A DNA stretch of 64,000 bases, taken from Vicinamibacteria bacterium (GTDB lineage Bacteria; Acidobacteriota; Vicinamibacteria; Vicinamibacterales; JAENWD01). Of the stretch, positions 26,517 to 36,308 are shown in pieces. Under the pieces are notes generated by a model. That model did not search any database. It had not been told where the DNA came from and saw nothing but the letters and a program-made list of their open reading frames with translations. The DNA is taken from the NCBI GenBank assembly GCA_963697705.1, contig CAVOPA010000003.1:832176-896175 (forward strand), given 5' to 3'. The first letter of the stretch is position 1, and the number at the start of each line of letters is the position of its first letter. A program made the translations under genes and the position numbers.

Positions 26517-29336
26517 TCAGTAGAGCGCGTTGAAGAGCAGCTTGAAGGTAGCGTGGGGCTGGGCGCGGAACTGGGGCGGGAAGGCGAAGAGGACGACACG
26601 GCCGGCGCCATATGGTGCGTCGAGCAGCGCGTGGCGGGTGGCGATGCGATCGGCGCCGAGCAGCCAGCCGCTCATGAGCACGACGTCGGCGGGCGCGTAC
26701 TGCGCAATGCTCTGCACCGTCGGATCGGCAGTGTCGAAGGCGCGCGAGGCCTCGAAATAGGCGGCGCTCTCACGCGCCATCCCCCAGGCCACCGGCTGGT
26801 TGATGTCGACGGTGATCCGCACCACAGACCCCGGGCAGTAGAACACCGAGCGATCCAACCCGCGCGTCACGTCGCGAATGCGATCGAACACGCCGCCGAA
26901 GCGTTCGAGCGGGAGGTCGCTGGCCGCATCGAGGGTCACGAGTGTGCCGCCATCGTGCACGAAGCGCTTCAGCGCCTCCACCCCGGACTCGCCGATCCCG
27001 CCCTGGTACTCCGGTGGCACGGGGTTGGAGGGCCCATCGTGCCGGGATGACGCGGAGGGCTCGTGGCCGCGAACGATCGCCGCCGGTGACTGGCGCGGCA
27101 GGATGATGACGTCGAACGACCTGCGGAGATCGCCGGCGCGGACATCGCGGTCGACCAGCGTCGCGTATGGGAATCCGTACTGCTCCAGCAGCCACCGCGT
27201 CCAGCCTTCGTCGATATTGGCGACCCAGCTCTTATACAGGCCGATGCGGCGTGCGGCGATGGGCTGCGTGGGGTCCGCAGGCGCGCGATCGATTGACCAC
27301 GCGCGGAGACCGAGATCCTCCACCAGGCGGCGGACCAGCGCTGCGAGCCCCGGTCCGCGGTTTCGCGCCCCGGCGGGCTGCGATCGGCTGAATGCCATGT
27401 CGCTATCGCCGGACGCCCGGCTCGACTCGGGCGCGACAAGAGCCTTTCCTCCGCGGCCGGCCACCTTGATGACCCACGCTCCCGCTGGCAAGGTGACGCC
27501 CGGGCGGGGACTGAAGGGAGCGCGGAGGCGGCTGACGGCTGCGCCGTGCGCCAGCAGCCGGTTGACGGCGAGTGCGCTCACGTTCGCACGGTCATCAATC
27601 ACATACCCCCACGGGCCGGAGCCGGGTGCGATGGTGATGGCGCCCGCCGCGCGCGGTGCCGTCTCGAGGCGCACGAGGGCCGTCGTGTCGAATGGCGTGG
27701 CGACAGGAACGGCGGTGACGCCCATCTGATACGCGAGCGTCCAGCCGGCCGTGTCGTAGGGCGGGATTGGCGGTCCACCCGGGTGCGCGCGCAGATCCGG
27801 GTACACCTGGCGCTCGAGCAGGTCCTTGGCAAAAGGCCGGAACGGCTGCGCGAGCAGCACGGCGTGCGTACCGGCGGGATACGTGACCCCGTCCGCGGCG
27901 AGCGGCGCCGTCGCACGATGCACCTCGATTCCGCCCTTCATCAGCGTGTCGATGAACGCCATGCTCGCCGGCACGTCGTGCTGCGGGGCAGGAATGATGT
28001 AGGCCACAGGCGCTTCGGTCCGGCCCTTGGCGATCTGCCGCGCGCCGACCTGGTAGATGCCGTAGAGGAGCTGCTCGCGCCACTTCGCCGCAAGGTCGAG
28101 GACGCCCAACGAGCCCGTGAGCATGTAATCGACGGCGTCGGCGAGGTGCAGCGTGCCGCCCTTCCAGGGATTCGGATACGTCACGCTCGGCACGAGCGTG
28201 GACACGCCGTTCGAGAGCGTCCGCGGGAAATCGGCGGGGTCGTACGTGTACGGCGTGGCCGAGGCGTGGCCGGTCTCCGTCAGGATGCCGATGATGTTGT
28301 GGAAATAGCTCGTCGTGCGGACCGAACCGTTGTACCAGATCGAGAACGAGTATCGCGAGATGACGCCGTCCTTTCCCTCGCGCTCGAACCGGTCCTGCAT
28401 CGCGCCGCCGACCAGATCCACGCCGCGCACGATCTGCGGATCGATGTTGGGGTTCACCGGGTCGGGAAACGGCGGCACGAAGATGCGCGGCGGGTACGTG
28501 CCCTGATGCTGGTTGTACATGATTTGCGGCAGCCACTCCGCGAACAGCAGGTGACTGACGACCTGCGTTTCCTTCTGCGTCTGCATGTAGCCGTCGCGGT
28601 TGTTGTCGTGCCCGACATACTTCTGATAGAGCCACGGCATCGGACTGTCCTGGTGCGGCGTGTGGAGCGTGCGCCGGTACCAGTCGACCACCATGTTCAT
28701 GCCGTCCGGGTTGATGCACGGCGCGAGAACGAGGATCACGTTGTCGCGGATCGCCTGCATCTCGGCGCTGTCGTCGGTGGCCACACGGTAGGCGAGCCGG
28801 ATCGCGTGCTGCGCGGTCGCGACCTCGCTCGCGTGGAGGCCGCTGTCGATCCAGACGACTGCCTTGCCCTCCCGCGCGAGCGCGCGCGCCTCGCGGTCGC
28901 TCAAGCCGCCGACGAGCGCGAGCCGCCGCGAGATGTCACGGTAGTGCCCAAGCCGGGCGAGGTTCGCTTCCGACGAGATGATCGCGACGAGCATCTCGTT
29001 GCCTTCAGTGGATTGTCCCGCGATCTCGAGCTGCACCCGGTCGGAGGCCGCATCGAGCCGCTGGAAATACGCGCGCAGCTGCCGGAAGTCCGCGAGCGTG
29101 TAGTCGTCGCCGGGCTCGAACCCGAGGACGTCGCGCGGCGAAGGCACCCCGGTGGGCGCCTGCGGCGCGGCGCGCAGCTGTCCGGCAGGCTGCGGGAGCA
29201 GCAGGAGCGCGCACACTCCGAGGAGCTGCAGGAGATGTCCTGCGCACGTCCGGGTCGGCACGGGAGCTAGAGTGCCCGACGCTGCGAGGCTGCGCAACCC
29301 GACGCTGTCCCGTCGGCCAATGGCAGCTTTATCCAT
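26517..29336 (-). CDS. M14-family zinc carboxypeptidase-like protein, long form with C-terminal GATase1-like module
   Basis: GLHASEVATAQHAIRLAY, CINPDGMNMVVDWY, KYVGHDNNRDGYM. C-terminal IGLYKSWVANIDEGWTRWLLEQYGFPY...FDVIILP. Confidence 0.85.
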   Translation of the reverse strand: MDKAAIGRRDSVGLRSLAASGTLAPVPTRTCAGHLLQLLGVCALLLLPQPAGQLRAAPQAPTGVPSPRDVLGFEPGDDYTLADFRQLRAYFQRLDAASDRVQLEIAGQSTEGNEMLVAIISSEANLARLGHYRDISRRLALVGGLSDREARALAREGKAVVWIDSGLHASEVATAQHAIRLAYRVATDDSAEMQAIRDNVILVLAPCINPDGMNMVVDWYRRTLHTPHQDSPMPWLYQKYVGHDNNRDGYMQTQKETQVVSHLLFAEWLPQIMYNQHQGTYPPRIFVPPFPDPVNPNIDPQIVRGVDLVGGAMQDRFEREGKDGVISRYSFSIWYNGSVRTTSYFHNIIGILTETGHASATPYTYDPADFPRTLSNGVSTLVPSVTYPNPWKGGTLHLADAVDYMLTGSLGVLDLAAKWREQLLYGIYQVGARQIAKGRTEAPVAYIIPAPQHDVPASMAFIDTLMKGGIEVHRATAPLAADGVTYPAGTHAVLLAQPFRPFAKDLLERQVYPDLRAHPGGPPIPPYDTAGWTLAYQMGVTAVPVATPFDTTALVRLETAPRAAGAITIAPGSGPWGYVIDDRANVSALAVNRLLAHGAAVSRLRAPFSPRPGVTLPAGAWVIKVAGRGGKALVAPESSRASGDSDMAFSRSQPAGARNRGPGLAALVRRLVEDLGLRAWSIDRAPADPTQPIAARRIGLYKSWVANIDEGWTRWLLEQYGFPYATLVDRDVRAGDLRRSFDVIILPRQSPAAIVRGHEPSASSRHDGPSNPVPPEYQGGIGESGVEALKRFVHDGGTLVTLDAASDLPLERFGGVFDRIRDVTRGLDRSVFYCPGSVVRITVDINQPVAWGMARESAAYFEASRAFDTADPTVQSIAQYAPADVVLMSGWLLGADRIATRHALLDAPYGAGRVVLFAFPPQFRAQPHATFKLLFNALY

Positions 29337-29629
29337 ACCGCTGAACGGCCGACCTGCCGATGAAGTGGACAGGCGTCGTCGCCGGCGACGCTCGCAGAAA
29401 ATCGGTTTCGGAAACCGTCGCGTGCCTGGCGACGTCTGACAGAGAAAGACGCCTATGAAATCAGCAGCTTAGGTCGCCCGTCGGTGACCGAGGCGCTGGG
29501 CAGTGACTCCAAAGGGGGGCAACTCGCCAGCTCAGGACCCATCATAGGCACAGCAAAGGGCCGGTTCCGACCGAAGCCTGGCGTGGCGCGATTCTTGGAT
29601 GGAGTACCTGGCAGGAGAGGGTGACCGAC

Positions 29630-30010
29630 ATGCACATGATGCAGACTCCCCGGCGGGCGCCTGACACCGACCTGCAGAAGGTCGTCGTGGTGAATGGCAG
29701 CCCGGAAATCCTCGAGATGCTCGAGACGGTTCTCGACGCCGGGCGGTACGACATGGTGTTTGTCGAATCGAGCGCCCGGGCGTACTCGCGTGTGCGCCAC
29801 GTCCAGCCGAACCTGGTCATCGTGTGCATGCGTATCGACGATGTCGAGGTGTTCCAGCTGCTCTCCATGCTCAAGCTCGATGCTGAGACCCGGCGTATCC
29901 CGGTCGTCACCTACACCACGCACCTGGAGGCCGACAACGACGAATCGGAAGATGATGTCATCGAGGAAGACGAGTTCCCGCTCGCCCGCCCGACGGTGAC
30001 GATGAACTGA
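29630..30010 (+). CDS. Receiver-like single-domain protein lacking canonical phospho-acceptor residues
   Basis: CheY-like beta-alpha pattern KVVVVNGSPEILEMLETVL...PNLVIVCMRIDDVEVFQLLSMLK...RIPVVTYTT, then an acidic tail. GGAGAGGG RBS about 9 nt before the ATG at 29630 (the track GTG at 29621 is the alternative). Confidence 0.6.
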   Translation: MHMMQTPRRAPDTDLQKVVVVNGSPEILEMLETVLDAGRYDMVFVESSARAYSRVRHVQPNLVIVCMRIDDVEVFQLLSMLKLDAETRRIPVVTYTTHLEADNDESEDDVIEEDEFPLARPTVTMN

Positions 30011-30243
30011 CCTCGCGCGCAAGCGCCCGGTCGGCAGAAGGGGACAGCCGCCAGCGGCCGGATGGACGCGGCGCCTGTCCCCTCCGTATGTACGCGCGAC
30101 TGGGCGCGGTGCCGGCGCTTCAAGGGTGACGAAAAAGGCACCCCCGTGAAGAATGCCGGATGGATGACGGATGCAGGGTGTCGGTCCGGTGTGCGACATC
30201 CGGCACGCGACGGTCTGCATTTGGACTGCTGTTCAGCAGCCTG

Positions 30244-30645
30244 TTAGCGCACTTTGAGATATTCCAGGTAATCGCCGGAATCGATTCGCGGCGCCTTGCC
30301 AAGCGGGGCGTTGTAGAAGTAGACCCACGCCTGCTCGGTCGTGCCGTCGGGGAGGTGCACCGGCACCTGCGAGCGAATGTAGAGACTGCTGTCAGGCTCT
30401 CCCGGGCGGTATCCTTCCATCTCGTCGAGCGCCCGCAACACGCCCTCGGGGTCGAGCATGTCGAACAGTTCGCCCCACACGCGCCCGGAGTCGGCGGGCA
30501 CTGCCGCCGGATAAATCCCGAGGTCGAACAGGGCCGCTTGCACCCAGCCGCGGGTGCGATATTTCATCCGCGGGTCGATGCCCATCTGGCGCCGCCGATC
30601 GAACCCGGTCATCAGCGTGCCGTAGAAGAACACCAGATCAGCCAT
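30244..30645 (-). CDS. Gamma-glutamylcyclotransferase (AIG2/GGACT-like) family protein
   Basis: MADLVFFYGTLMTGF...GWVQAALFDLGIYPAAV...VWGELF...LDEMEGY. Start chosen at MADL; the upstream part of the track ORF overlaps the GNAT gene. Confidence 0.8.
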   Translation of the reverse strand: MADLVFFYGTLMTGFDRRRQMGIDPRMKYRTRGWVQAALFDLGIYPAAVPADSGRVWGELFDMLDPEGVLRALDEMEGYRPGEPDSSLYIRSQVPVHLPDGTTEQAWVYFYNAPLGKAPRIDSGDYLEYLKVR

Positions 30646-31246
30646 GCTCGCCGTCGGCCTCAGGCGCATCGGGCCCCGCACCAGGGACTGAACGGCGGGA
30701 TGCCCGCCACTCGGGCGCGAGAATCGCGTAGAGATGCTGGTCCAGCACGGTGCCGTTCTTACGAAACGACTGGCGGAGCGTTCCTTCGAGACAGCCGCCG
30801 AGCTTCGCGAACGCATTCCGGGACCGGCCGTTCTCGACCGCGATACGCGCTTCGATCCGGTGCAGGCCTAGGGGTCCAAACGCGTACGCAAGCAGCAGCC
30901 CTTTTGCCTCCGCGTTCACGCCAGCTCCCCAGCTCTGGCGGCGTACCCAGGTGCCGATCTGCGCCGTGCCCATCACCGGATCGAGGTGACGCAGGCTGGT
31001 GATGCCCAGCGGTTCGTCAGTAAGCCGATCGGCAATGATGAACACGTACTCCGCGTCGCAGCCACGGAGCACGCTCGCACGCTCGATGAAGCGCAACGAC
31101 TCCGCGACAGAGCGCGGCGAATCGAACGCGAGATAGCGCGTAACCTCGGGGTCGGACGTGTACAAGAAGAGAGGCTCGGCATCCGCAGCACGCGGCTCGC
31201 GCAGAAGTATTCGGGGGCCCGCCAGCAGCGGCAGTGAATTGTCCAT
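30638..31246 (-). CDS. GNAT family N-acetyltransferase (RimJ/RimL-like)
   Basis: ILLREPRAADAEPLF...DPEVTRYL...IGTWVRRQSWGAGVNAEAKGLLLAYAFGPLGLHRIEARIAVENGRSRNAFAKLG. Confidence 0.85.
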   Translation of the reverse strand: MDNSLPLLAGPRILLREPRAADAEPLFLYTSDPEVTRYLAFDSPRSVAESLRFIERASVLRGCDAEYVFIIADRLTDEPLGITSLRHLDPVMGTAQIGTWVRRQSWGAGVNAEAKGLLLAYAFGPLGLHRIEARIAVENGRSRNAFAKLGGCLEGTLRQSFRKNGTVLDQHLYAILAPEWRASRRSVPGAGPDAPEADGEHG

Positions 31247-31310
31247 CGAGCGCCGGAGCGCTTCGAAGTGTAGGGACTCGGCGGGAGGGAGTCAAGGAGG
31301 AGAGGGGATC

Positions 31311-31400
31311 CAATTTCGAAATCCGGAAGGCGGAGTGCGGAGACAAATTTCGAATGCGGAGTTCGGAATTTGGGATTCGGAAACTCGGATATCCGGAGTT
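31311..31400 (+). repeat. CGGA-word tract (CGGAGT/CGGAAT/TTCGAA words)
   Basis: caatttcgaaatccggaaggcggagtgcggagacaaatttcgaatgcggagttcggaatttgggattcggaaactcggatatccggagtt. Confidence 0.75.
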
Positions 31401-31485
31401 CAGCGGTCCGTCCCGGGTGGATCCGCTCTTGGGGTCGCGCTGGTGAGGAATAGCCGGCTATCGCGTCACCGGCTCCGGCACGCGC

Positions 31486-32511
31486 TCAGCGGGCCTCGCG
31501 CTCGTGGACCTGGTGCTCGCCGCTGCGGTGGGCCGCGCCTGCGGCTGCGCCAAGCGCCTCGATGGCTTCGCTCGGTAGCGAGAAGCTCAAGGTTACCGTC
31601 CGGCCCGTCCCGCTGACCTGGAGCGTCGATACGAGGGCCTGCATCTCGGGCTTGCTGCCGGCCTGCATACGGGCCAGGGCGAGGAACCCCTGCACGACGT
31701 CACGAAGGTTCTGTCCGGCCTGATCGTCGCGCGTCTCGGCGCGCAGCAGCCCCGACAATCCGCCGTTCACGTGACCGCTCGCCGAGAACCACTTCACGGC
31801 CGGAATCTGGCTGGCCACACCCTCCGGCAGGTTGGCGTGCATGATGAGCGCATCGAAGCGGCCGACCGCCCAGGCATTGCTGTCATCGATGTCGTGAATG
31901 AGGTTCATCAGTTCCGTATTGCCCGTGATGTTCGCCCCGCCGACGCCGTCGATGCCCCGCTTGACCGAGGCGGTGTCGCCAACAGCCACGAGGCCTGACT
32001 TCAGGAAGGCAACGCTGACGCTCTTTTGCCCGTCGGTCTGTTCCCTGTCGTCGACCACCCGCGTGATCATCCGCTTGCCCTTGTAGTCGGTCACGTCGCC
32101 GCCGTGTTGGCGCGCCAGCCCCTCGAGTCGGACCACGTCGAACCGCCCACTCGCCACCACCATGCCGCGATAGCCGTCTTTCGTGCCGGTCGGGACCAGG
32201 AAACCGACAATGCGGTCGATATCGCGCTCGATGTTGAGGCCGGTCTCCTGCTCGAACTGGCGCTGCCCTTCCTCGTGATTGGGCATGTTGCGCTGGAGCG
32301 TCTGCCGGAGTTGCGAGTGCATCACATCCTGCACGTTGCAGTACGCCACCACGGCGGCATCGGCGGGCACGTAGGAAAGCTCGGAGGGGGTGTCCTGCTG
32401 CCCGAAGGCGCCCATCGGGAGGCCGGAATAGAACGCCACGACACCCGTACACAGGCCGATGAGCAGGAAAGCGACCGAGCCGAACAGGAAATAGCGGGTC
32501 CGTGGTGTCAT
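31486..32511 (-). CDS. Membrane-anchored periplasmic protein of unknown function (last gene of the ABC operon)
   Basis: Single N-terminal helix YFLFGSVAFLLIGLCTGVVAFY followed by a ~300-aa soluble domain. No family recognised. Confidence 0.6.
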   Translation of the reverse strand: MTPRTRYFLFGSVAFLLIGLCTGVVAFYSGLPMGAFGQQDTPSELSYVPADAAVVAYCNVQDVMHSQLRQTLQRNMPNHEEGQRQFEQETGLNIERDIDRIVGFLVPTGTKDGYRGMVVASGRFDVVRLEGLARQHGGDVTDYKGKRMITRVVDDREQTDGQKSVSVAFLKSGLVAVGDTASVKRGIDGVGGANITGNTELMNLIHDIDDSNAWAVGRFDALIMHANLPEGVASQIPAVKWFSASGHVNGGLSGLLRAETRDDQAGQNLRDVVQGFLALARMQAGSKPEMQALVSTLQVSGTGRTVTLSFSLPSEAIEALGAAAGAAHRSGEHQVHEREAR

Positions 32512-32617
32512 TGTCGGTCCTCACCGGGTGTATACGCGGGCACGTCAGGGGGGGTTCCCACCGGTTGCCGCCGGCTCGGCGCCCCCCGCCCGAACAGATC
32601 CGTGGCGACGCCCGCCG

Positions 32618-33484
32618 TCACTGCTCGAGCACGTATTCTCTCCTCGCCACCGCCCGGGCGGCGAGGGCGAGAAACGTCACGAGTATCACGACCAGCGCCG
32701 CCAGGCTCGAGAGCGGCGAGGGACCGTCCCTGAAGAATACCTGCAGTGCCGTCACCGCACTGTCCTGTGGCATCGCCTGTGGGACGAGTGCCTGCAGGTA
32801 GTACGCCACCGTGAACCGCTTCAGGTAGCCTGGCAACGCCAGCACGACGTACTCCCACCCGACGATGAAGAAGAGGCCGATCAGCAGCGGGCGCTTGAGT
32901 TGTGCGCCGATGAAGGCGAACACGCCGCCGTACACGGCCAGACCGAGCCCGAGCAGCCCGAGATCCTTGAGCAGGTCCGGGAAGCCGCGCGCAATTGCCG
33001 CCACTCCGCCCCCGCCGAGCGGCATGACGAGGAAGAACACCAGCATCACCGACGGCAGCACGATCAGCCCCGTGCACGCCAGGTACGCCAGGTACTTGCC
33101 GATCAGCACCGCACCACGCGGAATCGGCCGTGTGAACAGGTAGGTCAGCGTCCGGTCTTCGACCTCGTCGGCCATCAGGGACGTTCCGTAGAACACGCCG
33201 AGAACGGGCACAATGACCCAGAGGTACAGGGCCCAAATCATCAACCCGAACATCACGGCGCCGCTGACGCGAGTGCCGTTGACGCGCAGCGCGGGCAGGT
33301 TGAAGAACTCCACCGTGCGCGCGATGACGGCGATGACGACCGGGCCGCCGACCACGAGGCCGAGAAACACGCTGCGGCGCGACCACAGCATCTCGCCGAG
33401 CGACAAATCGAAGATGCGCAGCGAGGCCGTCAGCAACGAGGGCGCTCTGGACGGCATCGGGCGGGTCGAAGCCTGTGTGGTCAT
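32618..33484 (-). CDS. ABC-2 type transporter permease
   Basis: Six-helix hydrophobic profile. ADEVEDRTLTYLFTRPIPR motif typical of ABC-2 exporter permeases. Confidence 0.75.
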   Translation of the reverse strand: MTTQASTRPMPSRAPSLLTASLRIFDLSLGEMLWSRRSVFLGLVVGGPVVIAVIARTVEFFNLPALRVNGTRVSGAVMFGLMIWALYLWVIVPVLGVFYGTSLMADEVEDRTLTYLFTRPIPRGAVLIGKYLAYLACTGLIVLPSVMLVFFLVMPLGGGGVAAIARGFPDLLKDLGLLGLGLAVYGGVFAFIGAQLKRPLLIGLFFIVGWEYVVLALPGYLKRFTVAYYLQALVPQAMPQDSAVTALQVFFRDGPSPLSSLAALVVILVTFLALAARAVARREYVLEQ

Positions 33485-33556
33485 GGTCGGATCAGTGTCA
33501 CCGGCGGGGCGCTCCGCGGCGGCGAGGCAACCTTCATCAACGTGTGCATTGCCGCC

Positions 33557-34495
33557 CTATTTGACCAGGTACTGGAAGACCGCCTGCAGGTTGTCGTCGG
33601 GCGACGTGACCTCGTCGATCGAACCGAGCTCGCCGGTCGCGGCCAAATCCGTCAGCCGGGTGTAGAACGCATCCGGCTTGCCCGTCTGCACGACCACGGC
33701 GCCCAGCTCGAACCGCAGGCTCAGCACGTCGTCGTCGGCAAGGAACCGGCGCGCGAGGGCCCGCGGATCGGCGGCCCTGATGTGCACGGTGTGCGGGTGC
33801 TCGTCGATCAGATCGCGAATCTGGTGAACGTTGCCTTCCGCAAGGATCCGCCCGTTGTTGATCAACAGGATGTTCGAGGTCATCGACTCGACTTCGTGCA
33901 GGATATGGCTCGATACCAGGATGCTCTTGCCGGCGCGGGCCCAGTCTTTCACCTGGCGGATCGTCTTGCGACGGGCGATCGGATCCATGCCCGACAGCGG
34001 TTCGTCGAGGATGAGCAGCTGCGGATCGTGCACGATCGCCTGCGCCAGCTTGATGCGCTGCCGCATGCCCTTGCTGTATGCACCGATTCTCTTGTTCGCC
34101 GCGTCGACCAAGTCCACTTGTTCGAGAGCGGCCTGGGCGGCCGTTCGCGCCGCCGCGTCGTCGAAGCCGTTCAACCGCACGAGCGCGGTGATCCACTCGA
34201 GTCCGGTCATGCGCTCGTAGAAGGCGTCCTGCTCCGGGCAGAACCCGATCCGGAAATACAGCGCCGGGTTGCCCCAGATCGGCTCGCCGAAGACAGTGAT
34301 GCGGCCCTTGCTCGGCTTCAGCTGCCCGGTCACGAGCTTCATGAACGTCGACTTGCCCGCGCCGTTCGGGCCGAGCAGGCCCGTGATGCCCGGAGGCACC
34401 GACACGGACACGTCGTTCAGGCCGATGACCTGGCCGTACCACTTCGACAGCTGCTGTGCCTCCACAATCGGCGCGGCGGCGGCGGCGACGGTCAT
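33557..34495 (-). CDS. ABC transporter ATP-binding protein
   Basis: Walker A GPNGAGKST, signature YSKGMRQR, Walker B LLILDEP, H-loop SSHIL. The start ATG overlaps the upstream permease stop (ATGA). The 627-aa track ORF is a read-through artefact. Confidence 0.92.
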   Translation of the reverse strand: MTVAAAAAPIVEAQQLSKWYGQVIGLNDVSVSVPPGITGLLGPNGAGKSTFMKLVTGQLKPSKGRITVFGEPIWGNPALYFRIGFCPEQDAFYERMTGLEWITALVRLNGFDDAAARTAAQAALEQVDLVDAANKRIGAYSKGMRQRIKLAQAIVHDPQLLILDEPLSGMDPIARRKTIRQVKDWARAGKSILVSSHILHEVESMTSNILLINNGRILAEGNVHQIRDLIDEHPHTVHIRAADPRALARRFLADDDVLSLRFELGAVVVQTGKPDAFYTRLTDLAATGELGSIDEVTSPDDNLQAVFQYLVK

Positions 34496-35331
34496 GCGAC
34501 CACCTCCACGCCCCGGACGCGCCGCTCGAGCACCAGGACGGAGGCGGCCACGATCGCTGTGACCATGAAGAGCGAGAGGGCCGCCGGCGTTTCGTACCTC
34601 GGAGGCACGCGGAAGATCACGTCGCCGAGCTGGTTCAGAGACGCGGTCGGCGAGATGAGCGAGGCGGCCGAAGAGCGCGTCATCGCCCAGAACATCGCCT
34701 GGATAGCGCTGCTGAAGAGGATGACGCCGGCGTACATCGCCGCGACGAACCGGCTGCTCTTCGACAGCGACGACAGAGCGAGCATCGTGAAAGTCGCCAT
34801 CAGCACCTGGAGCAAGGCGAACACCGTGATGGCCGGAAACAGGAACAGATTCTTCTGCACGAACGCGAAGCTGCCGGCCAGCAGGATCTGCACGAACAGC
34901 AGCAGCAGCGCGGGCACCCACGTCACGAACAGCAGGAACGCCATCAGCGCGGCGGCCTTGCCCGCGACGTACTCGAGCCGCGTGAGCGGCTTCGACAGGT
35001 AGATCTGCAGCGCGTTCGCCCGCCGATCGTTCGCAATCAACCCTGCGCCGACGTAGACGGTGACGAAGAACACGAACGGGTTCTGCTGCTCCAGGAACTC
35101 GCGGAACGTCTTGGCCGTGGGCGCAAGAAACGCGACCTGCGGGAAATTGGTCGAGGCGTACACCTGGACCGCTCGCACCAGAAACGGCCCCCAGGCGAGC
35201 AGCAGCAGGCCCATGAACTTGCGGTTGCGGAGCGTGTTCCGGATTGCCGTCATCGCGATGACCAGCCACGCGTTGCCGCGCGCGGCCCGCGTGCCGCCAA
35301 AGCGTCGGTAGCCCTGATCGTGAATCGGCAT
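34492..35331 (-). CDS. ABC-2 type transporter permease
   Basis: Polytopic hydrophobic profile. IANDRRANALQIYLSKPLTR motif. Confidence 0.75.
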   Translation of the reverse strand: MPIHDQGYRRFGGTRAARGNAWLVIAMTAIRNTLRNRKFMGLLLLAWGPFLVRAVQVYASTNFPQVAFLAPTAKTFREFLEQQNPFVFFVTVYVGAGLIANDRRANALQIYLSKPLTRLEYVAGKAAALMAFLLFVTWVPALLLLFVQILLAGSFAFVQKNLFLFPAITVFALLQVLMATFTMLALSSLSKSSRFVAAMYAGVILFSSAIQAMFWAMTRSSAASLISPTASLNQLGDVIFRVPPRYETPAALSLFMVTAIVAASVLVLERRVRGVEVVA

Positions 35332-35333
35332 GG

Positions 35334-36308
35334 CTACTGCTCCCCGACTGCTCGCGCGAACACGTCTTCGAGCGTCGGGACGCTGGGACGAAGGTGCCGC
35401 AGCTGGATCCGCTCGCGGGCGGCCACCTCGAAGACGGCACGCGCGGTCAGTCCTTCGGGCACGAACACGCGCATCACGTCTTCATCGGTCGCATGGCAGT
35501 CCATGCCGGCCGCGCGCAACGCGCTCACGAGCCGGTCGGTATCGATCTTCGCGCGCAGCTCGTAGACGCTGCCCCTCGGCCCCTTCAGCTCCGCGATTGG
35601 CCCCTGGGCGGCGATCCGGCCCTTGTCCATCACGACGACGCGGTCGCAGGTGTACTCGACATCGGGCAGAAGGTGGGATGACAGAATCAGGTTCACGCCC
35701 TTGTTGTGCGCAAGATCGCGAATGAGCTCCAGCATCTCGTCGCGGCCCTTCGGATCCATGCCGTTGGTCGGCTCGTCGAGGAAGAGCAGGTCGGGGTCGT
35801 GGACGAGGGCCTGCGCGAGCTTGATCCGCTGTTTCATGCCGGTCGAATACGTCTCGACATTGCGGTAGCGGGCCTCGCCGAGGCCGACGTAGTACAGGAC
35901 CTCGTGGGCACGCTGCATCGCATCGACAGCGTCGAGCCCCGCCAGCTCGCCGCAGTACGCCACAAACGACACGGCGTTCATGCCGGGGATGTGTGCATCG
36001 TTCTCCGGCATGTAGCCGATCCTGGAGCGAATCTCGAGCGGCGAGTGGGCCACGTCGAGGCCGAGCACCGTCATCTGTCCCTGGTCGGGCTTGATGAACC
36101 CGAGCAGGCTCTTGATCATCGTGCTCTTGCCGGCGCCGTTCGGACCGAGCAGCCCGACCGCGCCGGTCTCGAACGTGGCGGCGACGTCGCGCAGGGCGAA
36201 GTTCCGACCGTAGCGGACGCTGACGTTGGCCAGACGCACCACCACGCTGTCTGGCGGCGTGGGCATGGCCACGGGAGGAGCAAGAGGCTGGGAAGCGATC
36301 TCAGGCAT
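35334..36308 (-). CDS. ABC transporter ATP-binding protein
   Basis: Walker A GPNGAGKST, signature YSTGMKQR, Walker B LLFLDEP, SSHLL. Start at MPEIAS (36308); the alternative is MPTPPD at 36266. Confidence 0.9.
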   Translation of the reverse strand: MPEIASQPLAPPVAMPTPPDSVVVRLANVSVRYGRNFALRDVAATFETGAVGLLGPNGAGKSTMIKSLLGFIKPDQGQMTVLGLDVAHSPLEIRSRIGYMPENDAHIPGMNAVSFVAYCGELAGLDAVDAMQRAHEVLYYVGLGEARYRNVETYSTGMKQRIKLAQALVHDPDLLFLDEPTNGMDPKGRDEMLELIRDLAHNKGVNLILSSHLLPDVEYTCDRVVVMDKGRIAAQGPIAELKGPRGSVYELRAKIDTDRLVSALRAAGMDCHATDEDVMRVFVPEGLTARAVFEVAARERIQLRHLRPSVPTLEDVFARAVGEQ

